From: Eledone cirrhosa
Taxonomy: Eukaryota
Reading direction: 5' to 3'
DNA length: 64,000 nt
Assembly (NCBI GenBank): GCA_964016885.1
Contig: OZ024743.1
Span: forward strand, 231,632,001-231,696,000
Positions 55,481 through 64,000 of the stretch are shown one piece after another. The notes under the pieces are model-generated. The model saw only the letters and a list, made by a program, of their open reading frames with translations, did no database searches and was not told the origin of the DNA. Numbering within the stretch: position 1 is the stretch's first letter; each line of letters opens with the position of its first letter. The translations under genes were made by a program, and so were the position numbers.

Positions 55481-56477
55481 AGTTGCATTGGATGTCGGGT
55501 ATAGCTAGGTTATAAACCATGGGAAATAAAAATATAAGAATGTGTTACCTCGATGGAAATGCAAAATAAAGCTGTGGCATTAAAACTGTATAAAAACACT
55601 AGCAGAATCAATTATTGGCACGAGCGTATCTGGAAAAAGAACTAGAAGTTAATAAAGACGATTCAGTAAGAGACGGCGTAGAAAATTAAACTTACATAAA
55701 TTTATGGTACATTTGAAACAGCAAAGACCTGGAAAATATTTCTTGGAATATTAATGAATATATTAAGTTTAAGGCACAGGTTTTCGTCCCGTAACCCGAG
55801 GCTAGCTAGTACTTAGATGGGTGATATATTCAGAAACAAAGATTAAAAGAGTGAAGGCGCTTAACTTACTGGTGAATGTATTGCGCTTACGACTATATGA
55901 CTATGTGTGCGTTTCCTACAGTGTGTTGCATGTTGTATCCATCAACAAGAAGCTTTATTTCACGTTACTCCAGTCCATTCAACTGAAAGGAAATTAGTTT
56001 GGATGTCACAGGTACCAAGATATATCGGAATATTCCTTTTTCTTGGAAGATATCGATGTCGTGGAGAGGAGAATTTGACATGAATTGATGACTGCTAGTT
56101 CTCCATAAACAACGCTGACCAGGCTTATGCTGTGGATATGCAAGCCTAGGGTCATTCAGTCATGGGAGTTTTACCCATGACTAGTTACTATCGAAGTAGC
56201 CTTTTCTTTTCTTAGGTATTACATAGACCAGTCTTAGAATCACATGCAATATACTCTTCGTTGACTCTAAAAGCAAGTACTTAAACAGACACAATGTATT
56301 TTACTTCGACATGTTTAAAGAACGATTGTAATCTACCGACAGAAATGGAGCCATAGGAAAAAAATTGAAAGAATGTTTATAAGTATATTCAAATAATATT
56401 TTTCAAATAACAATACACTTACTTACACAGAGCAAATAGCATACATATATATCTGCACAAGACAGAAAATATGAATT

Positions 56478-57000
<523 letters not shown>

Positions 57001-57483
57001 TGTGTGTATGTAAGTATATAAATTTATATGTAGTATATATATGTGTGTGTATATACGTACAAACGTATATATATATATATATGTATATGTGCGCGTGTGT
57101 GTGTGCCAGTATGAATATATACGTATGTATTTATCTATATATATATAATGACTAGAAAATATTTCATATTGTATGTGCTTCTATAGAAATATGATCTTTT
57201 GAAAAGCTATATACATAGAGAGTGTGTAACTGTGTAATGCTGCTGGTATGGGGTGCTTCTAGCAGAGATGCGGCATTCGAAGAGGAGGAAATGTAGAAAC
57301 AGGAAAATCACAAGAGAAATCTAGTTTTTATTTTTGTATATAAAGGAAACACTAATTAAATTACATGATATATATAATTTTTTTCACATATTTGCAGACA
57401 TTTTAAGACATCATGTTAAGTTGTAATGCACTAAATGTTGGAAATATATCTAAATATTACTACATATATACATACATACATAC

Positions 57484-57520
<37 letters not shown>

Positions 57521-57554
57521 GTCATATTTAAATACGTTTTCGTATATATATATA

Positions 57555-58355
57555 TAAGTATGTACACTTACATACATATATGTATACAGACGTACAGTAG
57601 TATGTATATATATATATACATACATGCACACACATATATATATATGTACGTATAGATTCAACGAACATTTATTATAATGCTCGGTGTGTTTGTAAACAAA
57701 CATCCCGTATTAAGCCGTAGTGTCCAGCAACCATCGGTGCTCGTTTGTTCAACACTGACAAAGGAACGCTGTACTAGTTTCAAGCTTATTAGCTATCGTC
57801 AGCAACGTATACTTTCCTGCCAGATTGTTGAACGTATATACTTACCTTATGCATATTAACGGCTGAGTAGCCTAATTTGCATATCGAGTGGGTTAATCGG
57901 CCGGGTGCACCGAAATCGATAAACGGAAAAAATGAAACGAAATTTCATTTCCCACACTTAGTACGGCTGTTACTTAAATATAAGTATGTACACGTACATA
58001 CATATATGTATACAGACGTACAGTAGTATGTAGATATATATACATACATGCACACATATAGATGTACGTATGGATTCACCGAACAGTGGGTTAATCGGCC
58101 GGGTGCACCGAAAACGATAAACGGAAAAAATGAAACGAATACGGCTTAATACGGGATGTTTGTTTACAAACACACCGAGCATTATAATAAATGTTCGGTG
58201 AATCCATACGTACATATATACATGTGTGCATGTATGTATATATATATACATACTACTGTACGTCTGTATACACATATGTATGTACGTGTACATACTTATA
58301 TTTAAGTAACAGCCGTACTAAGAGTGGGGAATGACATTTCTTTTCATTTTTTCCG

Positions 58356-58357
<2 letters not shown>
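57555..58357. mobile_element. Rearranged fold-back PLE terminal-repeat cluster (family E)
   Basis: 57555-57719 and 57922-58085 are both inverted relative to 58140-58357. Direct repeat 57888-57941 / 58086-58139. Confidence 0.75.
57766..57808 (-). ncRNA. Type I hammerhead ribozyme, minimal palindromic stem III
   Basis: Minus strand reads ACGTTG-CTGACGA-tAGCT(aata)AGCTt-GAAA-CTAG-TA-CAGCGT. Confidence 0.85.
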
Positions 58358-58448
<91 letters not shown>

Positions 58449-58616
58449 GGATTAACAAGTAATAGTTAAATGCAGTCCACTCAGGTGAAGTCCAGTTATG
58501 GTATTCCAGGTAGTGGATGATATTAACGCTTGGCTTGGTTTGACTCAACAAGGCGTTTTCATAGTGATGCTGCGGGTATGCTGTAATTCCTATGTTGTAA
58601 ACACTTGGAGTAATAA

Positions 58617-60495
58617 TAAATCAGGAAAGAAGGTTTACATGGTTTGCTATACAAAAAAGTTTTTAATCACATAGCTTACATTTGTTTCACTGAACTGGTG
58701 TGTCTAGCGATCGCTATCCGCCTAATTTTGCGTCACTCGATCGCCAATACAGAATTATAACCTAGATAAGGCGCTTATATTTGCCCAAAATAACTCTGAT
58801 CTTACCCATGATGAAATTTAAATAATAATAGCGGCTAGAAGGACTATCGTAAAATTTGAAAATAACTACTGGGTAAGAAAGGATAGAATAAATAGCTTCG
58901 ATATTACAATGGGATCAAATGATTCTGCGCAAATTACAGATATCGTGGGGCTATTCATAGCACACAACCTACATAAGGAATTCAGTAACCTCCAAGGAGG
59001 AATTTATAGGGACGACACGTTACTTATAGCTAGGAACCTAAACAACCAGAGCATGGAAAGACTAAGGAAAAATATTAGAATATTCTTCAAAAAACTAGGC
59101 CTAAGTATTACCTACGAACTAAACCATAAGAAGGTAAATTTTCTAGATGTAACTCTAAATCTAAATACTGGATTAATAGAACCTTTCCACAAAAATAATG
59201 AAAATCTTGCCTACATTAGTTACAACTCAAATCACCCCAAATCCATAATTAAATCCATAGCACGTAGTATATCCCTCCGAATATCCCGCCTATCCTCAAA
59301 CCTAGAAATCTTTAACGAGCATGCTGACTATTATAATGCAGCATTAAGTAGGGCCGGTCATAAAGATAAACTACAGTATATAGTGAATAAGGACAACATA
59401 AACAATCCTAGTAATTTCTACTCCAACCGCTCACATTCTTTAAACTAATAGATAAACACTTCCCTATCTCGCATAGATATCACAAAATACTCAATAGATC
59501 TACTATAAAACTCTCTTTCTCAACAGCAGCTAACATAGAATCACACATACGCAAGATCAACCACAGAAATATCTCAAGTAAATCAATTGCACCTATACAT
59601 AAGCACAAACTCATCACAACATCACAACCACAAGCGCATACAAACGCGCAGCAGCAAAACCCCATTGGGCATATATCACAACCCACTTATAACAGGGTAC
59701 TAAATAGGAATGTAAAAGCTGCACAAAATAGCGCCTCAAACTGCAAATGTCACCTCCCAGATAGGTGCCCATTGGCGAATAGATGTCTCGATTCGAGCCT
59801 GGTGTACATGTGCACTGTCATCTTGGGTAACTCCACCTGGAATTACATAGGATCCACCGCGGGTTCTTTTAAGAAAAGATGGTATGTGCACAAGCACTCA
59901 ATGAAAAACCGAGCACTTATGGGTTCCACCACCCTCGCCAGAAAAATATGGGAATTGAAGGACAGCAACGCTAGCTACACTATCAACTGGTCGAAGTTGT
60001 CGGCTGCTAAAACCTATAGTACAGGGATGTCCTATTGCGGGCTGTGTGATCTTGAGCTATTGTATATCCTTAGAAATGTTAAAAGGCTACTTAATAATAA
60101 GTTAGAAAGATCTATCTTCTGTAGACATAGAACAGCCACTAAATTCATAAGATTCAAACCTCCGTGAATCGAACCAACATAACATAGCTTTAAATTAGGA
60201 TACCTACTACCCACAGAAATATATTCATTAAGTATACTATTTCCTTCACAAGTCTATACCACACAATTGTCTGTAAATACCTCATCTACCAACAATCTTA
60301 CTCCTTCTCAGCTGCTGCAATCATTTGATCCTAGATCCTAGTTTTTCTCATTTCACTACTACAATGTTACTTTACCCTCTTTTTGCCATAATTACAATTA
60401 GCACGCTTTTCTCTTTGCATGTATGTATATTTTCGTACGAGTGTATATTGATGTGTATGTATGTGTCTATGTACACATATATGTGTATATATATT

Positions 60496-60534
<39 letters not shown>

Positions 60535-61061
60535 GTAGATATATGCGTATATTAATTCGTTAACCTCTGTATTAACTCTACAACTATGAGCTTTGACAGT
60601 GGTCCCACTCATGTATACTGTTGAAGATGAAGAGAAAGGCTGTAAAAACTAGCTTATCTTTATAATTTAAAATTGATACACACTACGATACTTTTTGCCT
60701 TATGACAGCTGGTTTTCACGCCGTAACATTAGATACATTATATACCCCCCACCTAAGTAATGTCAGGTCTCCTTAAATAGTTTATTGATAGCATTGTTGT
60801 AATAATTGTTGTTGTTATTGTTCTAATTGAATGCCATAACTACTCCATATTTTCTTTTCTTTTCTTTTCTTGCCTGTGTATTTTCTTCATTCTCGCATGC
60901 TCCGAAGATCTGACTGGTTATAATTCTGTATTGGCGATCGAGTGACGCAAAATTAGGCGGATAGCGATCTCTAGACACACCAGTTCAGTGAAACAAATGT
61001 AAGCTATGTGATTAAAAACTTTTTTGTATAGCAAACCATGTAAACCTTCTTTCCTGATTTA
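58617..61061 (+). mobile_element. Penelope-like (Naiad-like) element, 5'-truncated, with 146 bp terminal inverted repeats
   Basis: RT motifs FDITMGSNDSAQITD, GIYRDD, VNFLDVTL, SNHP. Linker CKCHLPDRCPLANRC. GIY-YIG LVYMC..YIGSTAGSFKKRWYVH..CGLC..E..LLN..CRH. IRs at 58617-58762 and 60916-61061. Confidence 0.92.
60896..61008 (+). ncRNA. Hammerhead-like motif with long stem II in the PLE terminal repeat (one core mismatch)
   Basis: catGCT-CCGAAGA-tCTGA-CTGGT(...)ACCAG-t-TCAGt-GAAA-C(aaat)G-TA-AGCtatg. Confidence 0.6.
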
Positions 61062-61088
61062 CATATATATATATATATATATATATAT

Positions 61089-61262
61089 TGGAAAAAGTAT
61101 GACCCGACGGCAGAGCTCAAGCCCCAGTCCAGAAATAGCCATCGAAACTGCTTGAGCTCTGCCGTTGGGGTCATACTTTTTCCTATACCCACTCTACTAC
61201 CCTAAGTATTGTGTACTCTGGTGCGTTATGGTCCATCTGGTTCCTTACCACAATTCCTTTGT
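61089..61262. mobile_element. Fold-back mini-element (family F) in (TA)n
   Basis: Hairpin ggaaaaagtatgacccgacggcagagctcaagc / gcttgagctctgccgttggggtcatactttttcc plus tail. Homologous to 36905-37056. Confidence 0.65.
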
Positions 61263-61291
61263 TATATATATATATGTATATATACACGCAT

Positions 61292-61342
<51 letters not shown>

Positions 61343-61788
61343 CGTGTATGTATGCATATATTACCCTTGTGATATATGCTAGTCACAGACACATGTATAT
61401 ATTAATGTGTGTGAATATATGAGTGTGCTTGAATGCATGATTACATATTGATTTTAGGGCCTTCATTTCTGTTCAAGTGTGAATGAAAAGCTTTGTCGCT
61501 AAATACTTCATCTAATATACGACAAAGTGTTGCCCCAAATTAAAGGATATCTCGGAACTATGCCATATTCTGAGAGTTTTAAATACAGCTATTCCTTGAA
61601 GCTGCGTTAGTTAGTGCGACACATGTAATGGCTACTATCAGCCTATGGGCGGTGTGTACACTACATGTCTTAATGTTTATTAATGTTGTTTCACAATCCT
61701 AACTCCGTGTTTAACCTCACTACCACTAGGTTGAATTTTAGGGAAGTGTCATTTATTATGATATTGGGTCATTACATGATTTGTGAGT

Positions 61789-61844
61789 TAGTAGTAGTAG
61801 TAGTAGTAGTAGCAGCAGTAGCTGCAACAGCAGCAGCAGCAGTT

Positions 61845-61875
<31 letters not shown>

Positions 61876-61935
61876 CAGGAGCAGCAGCAGGAGTAGTAGT
61901 AGCAGCAGCAGCAATAGTAGTAGTAGTAGTAGTAG
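61789..61935. repeat. (GTA)n/(GCA)n compound microsatellite
   Basis: Direct reading. Confidence 0.93.
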
Positions 61936-62849
61936 TCTCGTCATGACTCCTGTCGAAGTTTGTCTTCGAAATGATGTATCAGCATTTTCAGTCTTTTAAA
62001 AATGTTTTCTGCTGTCATAAACAAAAGTCGCCGGTTCACAAACCACTTTATTGTTTGAACGATTTAGGTAATAATAAAAAGATTTGATGCAGACGGAAAA
62101 TAATCTTTATAAAAATGTCTAATTGTGTCAATTTGATGGCTGTTTTGTCTTTGCCAACAGTAGTACTCTACTCGGTTGTAAATATTGCTGTTAATGTCGT
62201 TGTTTTCTAAGCTAGTTATATTTATTAATATTAAATGAAATCTTTGTGAAGTGCTAGAAAACCTCTGGTAAAGAGAGTATGTAGTGCAAAGTCAACACTC
62301 GATTGCACCATATCTCTTCAGAAGAGAATACAAATTCAATTAAATCGACCCCAGTACACCACTGGTATATTATTAAATCGATCACGTGAGAGTGAAAGGA
62401 AAATTTATCAGATGAGTTTAACGTCACCTTGAATCCTTCTTGTATCGATAAAATGAAGTGCTATTCAAGTAAGAGGTTTAATATAATCGATGTTTCCCTC
62501 ACCATTAGGACCACTAAATTAGAAACCATTATTCAGTTGTGTTATCAATTGCTTTCGCCGCTCCGCCGTCCGGATGAGAGGTACTATTGATGTTATTGGA
62601 GGTGCTTATGTGGTGGTTGGAGAAGAACAGGATAAGTATTCATGTGTATTTCCATATATATAGAGATTTCGGAAGATACCGAATTTAATTAGTGACCCCT
62701 GGCCCAGTCATAGCTCACACTCTCCATGCAATAACAAGTGTGCAGTTAGAATCTGGTCATTGCATTGCAGAGCGATAATAATTAGCTATTTAGTGAGGAA
62801 TACTGCAGTTATCAGATATTTGTTACACTGATCTATCTCCTCTACGGAA

Positions 62850-63180
62850 TCTGTTTCATCGCAATCATCCGCCTATCACAGTTATTAGAAGCGTTATAAG
62901 TGGATGTTTATATAACATTGGTAAATATTACGTAAGCCTGAGAACATGAATGGGGTGATCAAAAGCTGCTATGGCCAGATGGGGCTACAAGACCGGCCCA
63001 ACCATCTGCAAATGCGGAGAGGAGGACCTCCGATGCAGCACTGCCTTTTTTGCCCTCTACTACTCAACCAGTGCAGTTTAAAAGATCTCGCAATATTTAA
63101 TAATAATGCAAAGGACTGTGTAAAGAAATGGGAAACTGTCACATAAACACATGCTTCGAAGATACGAAAAGAAGAAGAAC
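62850..63180 (+). mobile_element. Vingi/Ingi-like LINE 3' end, decayed
   Basis: LRT.MG.SKAAMARWGYKTGPTICKCGEED..MQHCLFCP..CSLKDLA....AKDCVKKW followed by a (GAA)n tail. Confidence 0.6.
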
Positions 63181-63444
63181 GTAAGCTGTGCTAATTGTGA
63201 CTCACCAACAGGATGCCCGATGAGAATGTATCGATCTCAAGGGTGTAGTCGATAACCTAGTTCGGTAATTTGCAGATTCTATCAGGTCACCTCCAACATT
63301 GTGGCCTCCAGCATCGAGGCAGAGTGTCGTGAAAAGAAAACCTTCGGTTGCTCTAATTCAAACAGCTAGAATTCACGCCAACAAAAGAACTCATATTCAA
63401 TGAGACACACACAAACACACACACACATGCACACACACACACAT

Positions 63445-63516
<72 letters not shown>

Positions 63517-64000
63517 TCGATAAAATAAGTACATCACTTGAAAATAGAAGCACTGTGATCGATATGATCGACTTAATAGTGTGAGATAAATATGTCTAAG
63601 ATATATATCGATTATACTATTGTTATTCCATACAGTATTGAATTATTCCTTACTATATAGATTTGTTTTCATTCCATACAATGTTGTATTCACATTATTA
63701 CATACAATAATCTTCTATAAATTATTGTGTTTATACTATTCTATACAATACTGTATTTCAGTCGTCATTCTATATAATGTTATATCCGTATTATTTCCTG
63801 AGATATTTTTTCCATATCATTCCAACAATAATTTCCTTATCAACCCATACAATAGTGTAAGTTATTCCATACATTATTGTATTCTTGATATCATAATTGT
63901 TTTTTTTTTATTTCTGGCAAGTGACGTGATCGATGATCATGTTTTGAAATTCTCGATTTTACAACATACAAGAATCATTTTATCCATTGAAAACACACTT

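Noticed and set aside
59700-60167. Selenocysteine (UGA) recoding, reported for some Naiad PLEs
   Set aside because: The visible linker and GIY-YIG cysteines here and at 829-1089 use TGT/TGC. No in-frame TGA was seen at those positions.
63615-63900. Degenerate short tandem repeat (ttattccatac..tattg)
   Set aside because: An old minisatellite-like stretch with no further structure evident.

Overview
AT-rich, microsatellite-dense animal DNA. The SINE sequences suggest an octopus or other cephalopod (inference). No host gene can be called with confidence; the window is almost all retroelement debris. It holds four groups. (1) R4/Dong-like RLE LINEs of two families, always ending in (TAA)n. (2) Tx1/L1-like APE LINEs, abutting (TTA)n or sitting inside (TATC)n. 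(3) Penelope-like elements (PLEs) with a CxCx5C linker and GIY-YIG domain (Naiad-like). (4) 3' ends of RTE and Vingi-like LINEs, plus tRNA-derived SINEs. The most striking non-coding signal is a set of at least six families of short, (TA)n-embedded, fold-back PLE terminal-repeat elements carrying type I hammerhead ribozymes. Several are fully canonical, two families have a compensatory U3-A8 core, and inversion junctions repeatedly fall inside the ribozyme. A second signal is a consensus splice donor (AG|GTRAGT) overlapping the ORF1 stop codon in three divergent Tx1 elements. All calls were made by eye; boundaries are approximate.
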